Under the pieces are notes generated by a model that did not search any database, was not told the DNA's origin, and saw only the letters and a program-made list of their open reading frames with translations. Of a stretch of 64,000 nt of DNA, positions 1 through 9,863 are shown piece after piece. The DNA is from Spirochaetia bacterium (GTDB taxonomy: Bacteria; Spirochaetota; Spirochaetia; DSM-2461): NCBI GenBank assembly GCA_963666985.2, contig CAXXIA010000002.1:576001-640000 (forward strand), read 5' to 3'. The stretch's first letter is position 1, and each line of letters begins with the position of its first letter. A program made the position numbers and the translations under genes.

Positions 1-345
1 ATCGGTATCGATAATCGAGATATCGAGAAGACCCCGGCGGCTGATCGACTTTGAGTTCAGCACCTCCATAATATTCCGCCGGGCAATCCCCACCTCGAGA
101 TCCGTCGCGCCGTTGAGTTGTTCCTTGATTGTGTTGTTGATTACGATATCGAGGGCGTCGGAATTAAAACCCTCGATACGGCTCGTCAGATCCTCGTTCA
201 CCACGGCGATGAGCTGTGATAAAAACTCGCGTTCCCGTTCGATGATGATACGCGCGTTGAATGTGTAGACCGCAAGGCCGATGACGAGCACCTGAACCAC
301 CGACAGAACCGCTACCGCGAATCCTATCTTCTCCCGAAGTTTCAT
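1..345 (-). CDS. YesM-like sensor histidine kinase, N-terminal part (runs off the window edge; not in the ORF track)
   Basis: Translated by hand from ATG at 345: MKLREKIGFAVAVLSVVQVLVIGLAVYTFNARIIIEREREFLSQLIAVVNEDL..., open to base 1. One N-terminal TM helix then a helical extracytoplasmic region, directly downstream of a CUT1 ABC operon. The kinase domain is not visible, so an MCP is not excluded. Confidence 0.6.
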   Translation of the reverse strand, partial: MKLREKIGFAVAVLSVVQVLVIGLAVYTFNARIIIEREREFLSQLIAVVNEDLTSRIEGFNSDALDIVINNTIKEQLNGATDLEVGIARRNIMEVLNSKSISRRGLLDISIIDTD

Positions 346-402
346 GTTCGACAAATATGTGGTGATTCCCGTTATGACTCTCATCGGCAGGGACTCAATC
401 CC

Positions 403-1257
403 CTACTCCTTTATGCCCGATGCCGCAGCGCCTTTAATATAGTATTTCTGAAGCGGCAATAGAATACACGTGGGAATGAGAATCGCGACTACCGTAGCGG
501 CGAAAATAACATTCCAAAGCACCGTGAACTCCAGGGTAAATTCACTGATGGCCACCTGGATAACCTTCATGCTCCGCCTCGTCGCCGCCAATAGCGGCCA
601 TAAAAAAGCATCCCACTGTTTTACGAAAAGCATCAGGCCGGCGCTGATGATAACCGGTTTGGAGATGGGAACAACGATTTGGAAAAAGGTGCGTGTATGC
701 CCGGCGCCGTCAATCTTGGCCGCCTCCAGCAAACTGTCGGGGACATCCAGGAAGAACTGCCGGTAAAGGAAAACGATCATTCCGTTGGCCACCATGGGAA
801 GAACCAGCGCGGCGTAGGTATCGATCAAGTGCAGCGATTCCGCCGTTTTGTAGAGCGGTACCGCGATCATTTCAAAGGGAATCATAAAGGAGAAGAGATA
901 GATGACAAAAAGAACATTGCGTCCGGGGAAGCGGTATTTCGCGAAGGCGTATCCCGCCATGGCGTTCACGAAAAAGCCGAGTGCCACGGTCGCCGCCGTA
1001 ACAATGAAGGAATTGAGAATCGGGAGCCAGAAACGGTGCTCGCTAAAAAGTGAGCGGTACGCCTCTCCTGTGAAAATTTTCGGTATGAACGTATGAACCG
1101 AAAGAGGCGCGGCATAATGAAAAATCTCCTCGTCGTTCCGAAGCGACGATCCTAAGGCGAAGAGAATCGGAAGAACGGAAAAAACGATGATCGCCAGAAT
1201 CACCAAGACGTATAAAACGTTAAGCGCAGGGGTTAAGCGCGACTTTCGCTCGATCAT
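403..1257 (-). CDS. Carbohydrate ABC transporter permease (MalG-like)
   Basis: About six TM segments; EAA loop 'LLEAAKIDGAG'. Confidence 0.95.
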   Translation of the reverse strand: MIERKSRLTPALNVLYVLVILAIIVFSVLPILFALGSSLRNDEEIFHYAAPLSVHTFIPKIFTGEAYRSLFSEHRFWLPILNSFIVTAATVALGFFVNAMAGYAFAKYRFPGRNVLFVIYLFSFMIPFEMIAVPLYKTAESLHLIDTYAALVLPMVANGMIVFLYRQFFLDVPDSLLEAAKIDGAGHTRTFFQIVVPISKPVIISAGLMLFVKQWDAFLWPLLAATRRSMKVIQVAISEFTLEFTVLWNVIFAATVVAILIPTCILLPLQKYYIKGAAASGIKE

Positions 1258-2189
1258 CGTGCGTCTCCTTTATTCCGTGATTCCTTTGCCGCGGAAGCAC
1301 CGCGTTCCCGCATCACTCGAAACTGAAGGCCGATAACGAGCAGGGAAATGAAGAGCAGAATCGTGATAATCGCGTAGGAACGGCCGTAATTGGAGTATTT
1401 AAACGCCGAACGGTAAGCCTCGAACATCAGCACGTTTGTCGATCCTTGAGGACCGCCTCCGGTCAGGAGGTAAACGGGAACGAACATGAAAAGGTTAATC
1501 ATCGTGTCGGAGATGGTGACGAAAACAAGCGAATTCTTCAGCATCGGAAGGGTGATGAGGAAGAGTTCGGAAAAGAAATTCGTCCCGTCGATTCTGCCGG
1601 CCTCATAAAAAGAGCCGTCGATGCTCTGAAGTCCCGCCAGGAGGAACATCATCCAATAAGCGACGCCCTTCCAGCAGCAAATGAGCATAATAACGTACAT
1701 CGCCTGATTGGAACTCGTCAGAAAGGGCTGTGAGGAAATGCCGAAGACGTTGAGAATCGAGTTGATCACTCCGGAGGAGGGATTGAGCATCAGGTTCCAC
1801 ACCGTCGAAGCGACCACCATGTTGATCGCCACCGGAATATAGACAATCGTCCGTGATACACGAACAAAAAGGTGGTTGCGGTTGAACAGAAGCGCCACAA
1901 AAACAGCCAGGACTATCTGAAGCGGCGTTACGATAAAAGTGAACTTCACCGTCATGAGAATCGAGTTGAGAAAATCGGGATCGCGAAAGAGCCACAGGTA
2001 ATTTTCAAACCCGACGAAGGCATTGACGCCGCCGGCGACACGCCGAAAGAAGCTGCCGACGACCGAGTAGGCGATGGGATATCCCTTAAAAAGGATAATA
2101 AGGATGAAAGACGACGAGAGAAATGCATAAGGGACGAGTTTTTCCCTCAGTCGCCGATAATTAATATTGACGGATTGAATTTGATTCAT
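1254..2189 (-). CDS. Carbohydrate ABC transporter permease (MalF/UgpA-like)
   Basis: 'FVGFENY' and 'YEAGRIDG' motifs. Start moved from 2264 to ATG 2189, which has a GGAGA RBS; the longer start would run through the intercistronic hairpin. Confidence 0.93.
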   Translation of the reverse strand: MNQIQSVNINYRRLREKLVPYAFLSSSFILIILFKGYPIAYSVVGSFFRRVAGGVNAFVGFENYLWLFRDPDFLNSILMTVKFTFIVTPLQIVLAVFVALLFNRNHLFVRVSRTIVYIPVAINMVVASTVWNLMLNPSSGVINSILNVFGISSQPFLTSSNQAMYVIMLICCWKGVAYWMMFLLAGLQSIDGSFYEAGRIDGTNFFSELFLITLPMLKNSLVFVTISDTMINLFMFVPVYLLTGGGPQGSTNVLMFEAYRSAFKYSNYGRSYAIITILLFISLLVIGLQFRVMRERGASAAKESRNKGDAR

Positions 2190-2222
2190 GAAACGGTTTC
2201 TCCGGTACTCCAAATAACGGTC

Positions 2223-2250
2223 CGCCGCCGGAGAGGTCCTCTCGGCGGCG
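2223..2250 (-). other. GC-rich stem-loop just downstream of the SBP gene
   Basis: cgccgccggagag-gtc-ctctcggcggcg: 12-bp stem with one bulge. Confidence 0.7.
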
Positions 2251-2263
2251 TCCTTTCTCTCCA

Positions 2264-3583
2264 TTACCGGTATGGAACCAGTTTTACTTCGATTGAGGAG
2301 ACTGCCGCGTCAAGGGCTTCCTCCACGTCGGCGCCGTTTCGAATATCTTCGATTGTTGCGCCGATAACACTCTCCCACTCACGATAACCAAGCGATTTCG
2401 GTCGCGGAGCGGCACTGTTCTGAGCTTCGTAGGCCGCAAGGCGGAAGATTGAAAGCGGTTCATTCTCATACTGCGGATCGTCGAAGTACTTCTGCAGTTC
2501 CGAAACTCGAGCGGAGAATTCACCGCGGGCATTGCAGAACGCATCATTGCCCTTGCCGAAAGTAAAAAACTTGACGAATTCCGCCGCCGCCGCTTTGTTC
2601 TCCGAGAAATTACTGACTCCGATATGGAAGCTGTCGGTAGGTGTTGCGGGAACGCCGTCGGCAAAAGAAGGGAAAGGCGCAAATCCGTACCGCAGTCCCT
2701 CGGTTGACTCGAACGTACGATAATCGAAGATGTTGGCGCAGATGAAAGCGATTTTACCGGCGGTAAAAAGTCCGATCGTCTCCGCCGGAGCAACTCCCTT
2801 GGGGGCGATTTTGTCAACATTGTGAATGTCCGAATACCACTGCATGGATTTGGTAAACCCCGGGCCGTTGACATAACCGTCCACCGTCAGGCCGTCGGGA
2901 CCAATCCCTTCACCCTTCGCGGAATTCACCAAGGGAAGAATCTGATAGGGGCGGCTGATCTGTTCGAAGGTAAGACCGTAAACGGTCGGATCGCCGGAGG
3001 CGGCCATAATCGCCTCGGACATTTCCACCACTTCATCCCATGCCAGCCTTTTCTCGGGATCGGCGGAAGGATATTCAAGTCCCGCGGCATCGAGGAGGTT
3101 CTTATTGTAGAAAAGAACATGGGAGGAGTTCTTAATAGGCGGCGCGTAGAAGGAATCCCGATAGCTGCCGGAATCGACAAGCGCCGGGGCGAAAACCGCC
3201 TTTTCCTCCTCCGTGAAGTAGGCATCCAGCGGGGCGATAAACCCGCGATAGGCGTAGCCGCTTACCATGGTGGCGTCGGTGAGAACCACATCGAAATTCG
3301 AACTCTGAGAACCGAGTTTTATCTCGATGACATCAAAAAGCTGGGTAAAAGGATACTCTTCCAGTTCAACGTGAATATCGGGGTATTCCGTTTTAAACGC
3401 TTCCACCGCCTGAACGTTGCCGTTATGGTATTCGGCGATGGAGAGAAAGGTAATCGATCCCGCCAATTCTCCGTCCGATGCCGATGCTTCGGCCTCAGCC
3501 TTGTCGTTTCCACAGGCAATCAATGCCGTGGAGAGTATAAAAAGTCCGATTATGGAGATGCTCTTCCATAATTTTTGTTTCAT
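2264..3583 (-). CDS. Sugar-type ABC transporter substrate-binding lipoprotein
   Basis: Start ATG 3583 with AAGGAG RBS; lipobox 'LIAC'; SBP_bac_1 motifs such as 'LFYNKNLLDAAG'. Confidence 0.93.
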   Translation of the reverse strand: MKQKLWKSISIIGLFILSTALIACGNDKAEAEASASDGELAGSITFLSIAEYHNGNVQAVEAFKTEYPDIHVELEEYPFTQLFDVIEIKLGSQSSNFDVVLTDATMVSGYAYRGFIAPLDAYFTEEEKAVFAPALVDSGSYRDSFYAPPIKNSSHVLFYNKNLLDAAGLEYPSADPEKRLAWDEVVEMSEAIMAASGDPTVYGLTFEQISRPYQILPLVNSAKGEGIGPDGLTVDGYVNGPGFTKSMQWYSDIHNVDKIAPKGVAPAETIGLFTAGKIAFICANIFDYRTFESTEGLRYGFAPFPSFADGVPATPTDSFHIGVSNFSENKAAAAEFVKFFTFGKGNDAFCNARGEFSARVSELQKYFDDPQYENEPLSIFRLAAYEAQNSAAPRPKSLGYREWESVIGATIEDIRNGADVEEALDAAVSSIEVKLVPYR

Positions 3584-3800
3584 CGGTTTACTCCTTAATT
3601 TTTCCGCAATCGGTTTATGAATAAGTCCGGGCCGCCTAAGGACAAAGTAATTGTAGTAGTGATTTTTCAAGATCAAAACGTAGCGGATTAAAGATTTGTT
3701 CCCCGATTTAAATGAGTTTGCACTCCGTATATTGACAGGTGTTTTTTTACGGCGCTACGGTCGGCTCGGCCGCAGGACAAATTCGATTGGAGTGAAATGA

Positions 3801-4607
3801 ATGGAAACGACCTATCACACAAAAACGACGAAGAACGATGTCGCGCCCTATGTTCTCCTTCCGGGAGATCCGAAACGCGTGCCCCTCGTGGCCGAACTCT
3901 GGGATGAATCACGACTCATCGCCGACAACCGCGAGCATGTCACCTACACCGGCGTTTACAAAGGCATGCCGATTACCTGTACAAGTACCGGAATGGGGTG
4001 TCCGTCGACAGCGATCGCCGTTGAAGAATTGGCGCGCTGCGGCGGGAAGACCTTTCTGCGCATGGGAACGTGCGCCGCGATCCAGGACTACGTGAAACCC
4101 GGAGACATCGCGATTTTCGATTCGGCATGCCGCTTTGAAGGAACTTCGGGCCGATATGTTCCGCCGGAATATCCGGCGGTGGCGCACCACGAAATTATCG
4201 CCGCGGCGATTGAAACGGCCAAGCGTTTGGAACTGCCGTATCACGTTGGAACAACACGCACCACGGACGGACTTTTTGCAAACCGTCCCGAAAAGGATTC
4301 TTCCTTCGGCGGATACAGGCGCCACGATTGGGATTACTTTCTCAGCGACCTCAAGGCGATGAAAGTTATCGCCGGAGAAATGGAAAGCAGTATCGTCATG
4401 GTCCTTTCTCGTCTCTTCGGTCTGCGCGGCGGCGCCCTATGCGTGTGCGTTACACATCTGCTCAAACAGTATCAGGAAGGCGGCTCTTTCGATTATGACC
4501 GCGATATCTCCTACACGCCGGACAATGTAGGGCGCCTCAACCGCGTTGCCTGTGAGACAATGCATCAAATTTATTTGAACGACCAAAAAAGCGGCGGCAT
4601 CGACTAA
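3801..4607 (+). CDS. Nucleoside phosphorylase (PNP/UDP family, Udp-like; base specificity uncertain)
   Basis: 'LLPGDPKRV', 'NRE', 'STGMGCPS', 'RMGTC' and 'EMES' motifs. Confidence 0.9.
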   Translation: METTYHTKTTKNDVAPYVLLPGDPKRVPLVAELWDESRLIADNREHVTYTGVYKGMPITCTSTGMGCPSTAIAVEELARCGGKTFLRMGTCAAIQDYVKPGDIAIFDSACRFEGTSGRYVPPEYPAVAHHEIIAAAIETAKRLELPYHVGTTRTTDGLFANRPEKDSSFGGYRRHDWDYFLSDLKAMKVIAGEMESSIVMVLSRLFGLRGGALCVCVTHLLKQYQEGGSFDYDRDISYTPDNVGRLNRVACETMHQIYLNDQKSGGID

Positions 4608-4618
4608 GTTCCGTAAAC

Positions 4619-4647
4619 CCCGGGGAAGCGGATTCCGCATTCCCGGG
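4619..4647. terminator. Hairpin between the convergent phosphorylase and glgP genes
   Basis: cccggggaa-gcggattccgca-ttcccggg nested inverted repeat. Confidence 0.55.
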
Positions 4648-4729
4648 ACTCTCTGTTTCTCGATGACCTTTAGAGACATCCCTGTATCCGATTACCCCCG
4701 CATTATGCTGTGAAAACAGCCGCAAATCG

Positions 4730-7252
4730 TCAGGCCCTCCGTACAGGCGGTACCGGTTCGGTTTTCCAAATTTCCCCGGCGTACTCACGGATCGTCCGGT
4801 CGCTGGAGAAACGGCCCATATTCGCTACATTCAGAATGGACTTCCGGGTCCACTCTTCCCGGTTCCCGTAGAGAATGGAAACCTGCTGTTGCGTGTCAAC
4901 ATAGGAACGGAAATCCGCCAGCAGCCGATAAGTGTCTCCGTAATTTAAAAGCGATTCGACAATCTTCAGAAATTCTCCCGGATCTCCCGAGGAAAAATCC
5001 CCCAAGGAAATTCGTTGAAGAACCCGGCGCAGATCTTCATCCTGTTCGTAGTAGCCCCAAGGGTTGTATCCCCCATGGTACGAGGCTTCCACTTCCTCGG
5101 AGGTGAGACCGAAGATAAAAATATTCTCCTCGCCGACCTCATCCCGGATTTCCACGTTGGCGCCGTCCAATGTTCCGATGGTGAGAGCCCCGTTGAGGGC
5201 GAACTTCATGTTGCCGGTTCCCGAGGCCTCCGTTCCGGCGGTGGAAATCTGCTCGGAAAGATCCGCCGCCGGCATCAATTTTTCGGCCAGGCTCACGCAG
5301 TAATTGGGCAGAAAAACCACCCGAAGCTTATCTTCAACGGAACTGTCGGAATTAATCACTTTTGCCACATTGTTAATAAGCTTGATAATCAGTTTTGCCA
5401 TGGCATATCCCGGGGCGGCTTTTCCCCCGAAAATAACGACTCGGGGAGAATCACCGCTGTTCGGATCGGCTTTGAAACGGTTATAGAGATGAATCACATG
5501 AAGCAGATTGAGAAGCTGTCTTTTATACTCATGGATTCGTTTTACCTGACAATCAAAGAGGAAATCGGGATTCACGGTCAGTTCGCAGCTTTTTTGAATG
5601 CAATCCGCCAGACGAAGTTTATTCGCTCTCTTCACCCCCTGCCACTCTCTGCGAAATTCCAAATCGTCCGCATAGGGAATAAGGTTCTTCAACTGGTCCA
5701 GATCGGTTATCCAAGATTCACCGATGCGGGAACTGATGAGATTCGACAAACCCGGATTGCATGAAAGCAGCCAGCGCCGCTGGGTAATACCATTGGTTTT
5801 ATTGTTAAATTTCTGCGGCCACATTTCCGTGAAATCGCGGAAAAGGCTTTTCTTCAGAATATCGGTGTGCAGAGCGGAAACACCGTTAACCGAATGGCTG
5901 CCGATAATCGCTAAATTTGCCATGCGGATCTTCTTAATGTTGTCTTCCTGGAATATGGATGTTCGAGTTAAGCGATTTACATCACCCGGATAACGTTGGG
6001 ACACATCCTCCAGAAAATTATGATTAATCAGGTAGATAATCTGAAGATGCCTGGGAAGCACTCTCCTGAAAAGATCTTCAGACCATTTCTCCAGCGCCTC
6101 CGGCAAAACCGTATGATTGGTATACGCGAACGTTGCCGTGGTAATTGCCCAGGCCTCGTCCCAAGGCAGCTCCTCCACATCCATCAAAAGCCGCATCAAT
6201 TCCGGAATCCCCACGGCCGGATGGGTATCATTCAGTTGGATCGCCACCTGATCGGAAAACCGGCTGAAATCCGATCCATTGGTTTTCTTGTATCTCCTGA
6301 GAATATCCTGCAGGGTCGCTGAAACGAAAAAATATTCCTGTTTAAGACGTAATTCTTTTCCCTCAAATATATTATCGTTCGGATAAAGTACCTTTGAGAT
6401 GGTTTCCGTATTCACTTTATCGCGGACGGCGCGCTCATAGTCTCCATGATTGAAGTAACTCAAATCAAAATCACGAGTGGATTTGGCCGCCCAAAGGCGC
6501 ATATTGTTGACCGTATCATTCCGATAACCCGGAACCGGGGTATCATAGGCCATGGCCATAACCTCTTCGGTATCCACCCACTCATAATGGCTTTCACCCT
6601 CATCGTCCACATATTCGTTAACATGCCCGTAGAACCGGACGGGATAAAGGAATTCGGGCCTTTCAATCTCCCACGGATTACCGTATCGAAGCCAGGGATC
6701 CGGAGTTTCCACCTGCTCACCGTTGCGAATGCGCTGAAAGAAGATTCCATATTCATAACGAATCCCGTAACCATAGGCGGGAAGGGACATCGTAGCCATG
6801 GAATCCAGGAAACAGGCGGCCAGCCGTCCCAAGCCTCCGTTCCCCAGACCGGCGTCGTATTCCAGATTCTCCAGCTCGCTTAAGTCCAGCCCCCAATCGG
6901 CCATGGCCAGTTTCACCTGATCCCGAATCCCCAGTGCGATTAGGGCGTTATCCAGAGTTCTTCCGATGAGAAACTCCATCGAAAGGTAGTAAACCCTTTT
7001 AGACGGTTGGTCGTAATAGGTCTGCATGGTATCAATCCAGCGCTCGAAAAGATAATCCCGCAGAGTAAGCGAAATACTCTTATAAAAATCCAAAGGAGTC
7101 GCGCTGTATTCATCTTTTCCCAGGGAGTATTCCAGATGATCCATGAAGGTACGCCTAATGGAATCAACGTCGGTTTTTAACCGAGGTTTCTCCGATGGTT
7201 TAAGAGATTTCCCAAAGTCTTCCCGGGGATTCATTTTAGATGCATTACTCAT
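4730..7252 (-). CDS. glgP: Glycogen/starch phosphorylase (GT35)
   Basis: 'GLGNGGLGRLAACFLDS', 'QLNDTHP', 'KRIHEYKRQ' and the PLP-lysine motif 'EASGTGNMKF'. Confidence 0.98.
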   Translation of the reverse strand: MSNASKMNPREDFGKSLKPSEKPRLKTDVDSIRRTFMDHLEYSLGKDEYSATPLDFYKSISLTLRDYLFERWIDTMQTYYDQPSKRVYYLSMEFLIGRTLDNALIALGIRDQVKLAMADWGLDLSELENLEYDAGLGNGGLGRLAACFLDSMATMSLPAYGYGIRYEYGIFFQRIRNGEQVETPDPWLRYGNPWEIERPEFLYPVRFYGHVNEYVDDEGESHYEWVDTEEVMAMAYDTPVPGYRNDTVNNMRLWAAKSTRDFDLSYFNHGDYERAVRDKVNTETISKVLYPNDNIFEGKELRLKQEYFFVSATLQDILRRYKKTNGSDFSRFSDQVAIQLNDTHPAVGIPELMRLLMDVEELPWDEAWAITTATFAYTNHTVLPEALEKWSEDLFRRVLPRHLQIIYLINHNFLEDVSQRYPGDVNRLTRTSIFQEDNIKKIRMANLAIIGSHSVNGVSALHTDILKKSLFRDFTEMWPQKFNNKTNGITQRRWLLSCNPGLSNLISSRIGESWITDLDQLKNLIPYADDLEFRREWQGVKRANKLRLADCIQKSCELTVNPDFLFDCQVKRIHEYKRQLLNLLHVIHLYNRFKADPNSGDSPRVVIFGGKAAPGYAMAKLIIKLINNVAKVINSDSSVEDKLRVVFLPNYCVSLAEKLMPAADLSEQISTAGTEASGTGNMKFALNGALTIGTLDGANVEIRDEVGEENIFIFGLTSEEVEASYHGGYNPWGYYEQDEDLRRVLQRISLGDFSSGDPGEFLKIVESLLNYGDTYRLLADFRSYVDTQQQVSILYGNREEWTRKSILNVANMGRFSSDRTIREYAGEIWKTEPVPPVRRA

Positions 7253-7397
7253 TGGAAACCTCCTGTACCGGATGAGTCTAAGTCAAGGAATATATTAAAC
7301 CGGCGCACAACAGATCATCATCGAAATGAGAAAAATATTTATTCACAAACCGAATCCGGGCTAATGCGCGCCCGGATTGTACACCGATCTCGGTCAA

Positions 7398-7652
7398 TTA
7401 CTTTTTGGGTGTTTTCAAAGCCGCCGCCAAATCTCCGCGATCCCGGATGGTGCGGATGGTTTCCGCCAGTTCCTCATCCAAACAATCTTTCAGCCAGATG
7501 TAAAAATCGTTTTTCGAGTCGTTACAGAAAAAACCGAAATCATCATCCGACATGGAAGATACGGCTTTCATCAGCTGACTTCGGGTTTCCACCATGCTCC
7601 CGTCCCTGAGAATGAAGGCTTCACCGGGGCGTGTCTTTTTTCTTTTGATCAT
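7398..7652 (-). CDS. Small DUF5752-like protein
   Basis: Pattern 'AFILRDG...MSDDDFGFFCNDSKNDFYIWLKDCLDEELAETI' resembles the F-x3-G...NDF-x2-W...ELA unit of DUF5752. Confidence 0.65.
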   Translation of the reverse strand: MIKRKKTRPGEAFILRDGSMVETRSQLMKAVSSMSDDDFGFFCNDSKNDFYIWLKDCLDEELAETIRTIRDRGDLAAALKTPKK

Positions 7653-7882
7653 ATAGAGCTCCCGGGATTGTATTAAACAATCCCCTTTAATTTTAATTCT
7701 CCGAACCTCGTTTCGAAATAGTCAAAACAAAAACATTTAAGAGTTTTTCTACAGCCGGCCGGAACCTATAGTTGTCGAGGGAGCAGAGATATTGCGAGAT
7801 TGATAAGAAATGACCGGCTTCTCTAGAGAATCAATTCATCGAATCCAAAGCCGACGGCCGTATAATGCTGAAGTTTTTCCGA

Positions 7883-8356
7883 TTATTCTTTTCGCAGCAA
7901 ATCCATACTCACCTTAATGACACATTTGCGGAACGTAGAGGGCTTCTCCAGCATCACGCCGGGACGATGGGCATCCCAAGGGAAAAAAACGGCGAAAAAG
8001 CCGGGGCGGGCGGTAATAAAATTTTCATCGGGATCAGACTCCAAAAAGTAAACGTCGGAAGCCTCCTTTGCCTCAAGAATACGCTCTTCGCCCGAATAAG
8101 GAGCGATACCGAAACATTCACTGCCGTCCGGCCAATACTGTACGTCGATGTATTTGACATGAACCTCGGGACGAGTCTCTTCAAGCGGGAGAGTGGTAAA
8201 GTCAAACACCTTGGCAAACATTTTCTCTCCGTCAATCGGATAATCTCCGACGGCGACGGACTTAAAATCGGTGTCTTTCAGAAAATGCAGAGCCCGGCAT
8301 ATGGCATCCGGATATGCTGAAAAATCATCATTTATTCTCAAGCTGGAAAAAATCAC
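7883..8356 (-). CDS. YhcH/YjgK/YiaL (DUF386, NanQ-like) protein
   Basis: 'PEVHVKYIDVQY', 'FAVFFPWDAHRPG' and 'RKCVIKV'; GTG start with GGAGG RBS. Confidence 0.93.
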   Translation of the reverse strand: MIFSSLRINDDFSAYPDAICRALHFLKDTDFKSVAVGDYPIDGEKMFAKVFDFTTLPLEETRPEVHVKYIDVQYWPDGSECFGIAPYSGEERILEAKEASDVYFLESDPDENFITARPGFFAVFFPWDAHRPGVMLEKPSTFRKCVIKVSMDLLRKE

Positions 8357-8451
8357 AATCGCTTCCTCCCGGGAATGATTCTATCAGGTATGGGAATAAA
8401 AAAGAAATCACTCCACTCCGTTCAGAGTACGCGTATCTTAACCTGAAAAAG

Positions 8452-8560
8452 AAACTCGGGCCGAATTTTTTTTTATGGCTCGGCACAAATCCGCGCACCA
8501 GGAATCGGCCGTTTAAAAACTCGGGCCGAAATTTTTTTATGCCTCGGCGCAGATCCGCGC
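8452..8560. repeat. Two imperfect ~45-bp direct repeats, 65 bp apart
   Basis: 8452-8496 aaactcgggccgaatttttttttatggctcggcacaaatccgcgc; 8517-8560 aaactcgggccgaaatttttttatgcctcggcgcagatccgcgc. Confidence 0.9.
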
Positions 8561-8678
8561 GGCCGTTCGTCGGATTCTCCGAAACCTTTGGAAAAACATC
8601 CCCCGGCGGCGGGAACTTGTTGAGCTTCACTCTGTAAGATAACATAAACTAATTACTTATTGATTGCGGGACCGAATT

Positions 8679-9743
8679 ATGTCGGAAATGAAAGCGGGAA
8701 TAAAGGAAATCGCCCGAATGGCCGGCGTCTCTACAGCCACAGTCTCCCGCGTTTTAAACGGTAACAAAACCGTAAACTCTGAAATGGCCGAGAAAGTTAT
8801 CGCTGTTGCGGCTTCTTTGGGATATCAGCCTTCTCCGGCCGCCCGCTATATGAGAAGTAAAAAATCCGGCCTTCTCGGCATCGTGGTTCCCGATCTGTCA
8901 AAATCCTATTTCGGAGATATCGTCAACGGAGCCATCAGTAAGGCGCGTGAATATAACCAAATGATGGTTGTAGGGACTGTAGAAGGCAAATCCGGAACGG
9001 AAAAAGAATTCCTAAGAAAGCTCTCGGGATATATGCTGGACGGATTGATTTACTGTCCCGTCTCAACGGATATCCAATCAAAAAAGACCGAAGTCCCTAA
9101 AATCCCGCTCGTTATAGCCGGAAGACGCCGTGTTCTCGACGGAGTTCCGCATGTCAACACCGACGATGAAAATACAGGGTACTTGTCGGCGCGTTATCTG
9201 CTGAACCTGGGAAGACGCAATATCGGATTTCTTGCGGGCTTTTGGGAATCGGCTCCCTTTAAAGATGCGGAAGACCTCCTTTCCTCCGTGAATCTTCCCA
9301 TCAGCGGCGCTTTTTCCGCATTGGATCGAATCCGCGGTTTTCAAAGAGCCCTGCGTGAAGAAGGTCTCGAACTGAAAAAAGAGAAACTGGCCTTCTGCGG
9401 ATTTGATGCGGAAAGCGGATATACGGCCGTCCGTGAGCTCTTCAGCAGACTGAACAAGATTGATGCTCTTATGGTTCCCAACTGCCTTGTCGCCCGCGGT
9501 GTTTTCCGTTTCTTCAACGAACAGGGAATATCCGTTCCGAAAGAAATCTCATTGATATCCCTGGACGATATGCACAACGGCGAACTTCTCGCGGTTCCCG
9601 TAACTTCAATCACGCATGATATGTACAGCCTGGGAATGGAAGCGGTTATTCTGCTGAACCAGGTAATCCAAAACAAAAAGCCGCAGGATAAAATTATCGA
9701 CGTCAAATTAATCATCCGGCAGTCAACATCGAAAGAAATCTGA
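8679..9743 (+). CDS. LacI-family transcriptional regulator
   Basis: HTH 'IKEIARMAGVSTATVSRVLN', hinge 'YQPSPAARYM', periplasmic-binding-fold C-domain. Confidence 0.96.
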   Translation: MSEMKAGIKEIARMAGVSTATVSRVLNGNKTVNSEMAEKVIAVAASLGYQPSPAARYMRSKKSGLLGIVVPDLSKSYFGDIVNGAISKAREYNQMMVVGTVEGKSGTEKEFLRKLSGYMLDGLIYCPVSTDIQSKKTEVPKIPLVIAGRRRVLDGVPHVNTDDENTGYLSARYLLNLGRRNIGFLAGFWESAPFKDAEDLLSSVNLPISGAFSALDRIRGFQRALREEGLELKKEKLAFCGFDAESGYTAVRELFSRLNKIDALMVPNCLVARGVFRFFNEQGISVPKEISLISLDDMHNGELLAVPVTSITHDMYSLGMEAVILLNQVIQNKKPQDKIIDVKLIIRQSTSKEI

Positions 9744-9764
9744 TTTTCACGTTCCGGGGCTTCG

Positions 9765-9782
9765 CGAGTAAACGTTTTCTCG
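9765..9782. promoter_or_regulatory. Auxiliary LacI-type operator
   Basis: cgagtaaacgttttctcg near-palindrome with the same AAACGTTT core as the site at 9864. Confidence 0.7.
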
Positions 9783-9831
9783 TGACTTCAACGACAAAAG
9801 CACCTCTCAGGCGGTTAAAAAGAATTATTCA

Positions 9832-9860
9832 TTGACATCCCATACCCGGGAGTATAGAGT
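9832..9860 (+). promoter_or_regulatory. Sigma70-type promoter of the tct-aroA operon
   Basis: TTGACA (9832-9837), 17-bp spacer, TAGAGT (9855-9860). Confidence 0.75.
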
Positions 9861-9863
9861 CAG

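Noticed and set aside
3584..3676. Longer start for the SBP, and the 2264 start for the permease
   Set aside because: ATGs at 3583 and 2189 have better RBSs; the extensions precede the signal peptide or cross a hairpin.
8452..8560. Direct repeats as a mini CRISPR array or preQ1 riboswitch
   Set aside because: Only two copies, a 20-bp gap, homopolymer tracts and no cas genes; the preQ1 loop consensus is not met.
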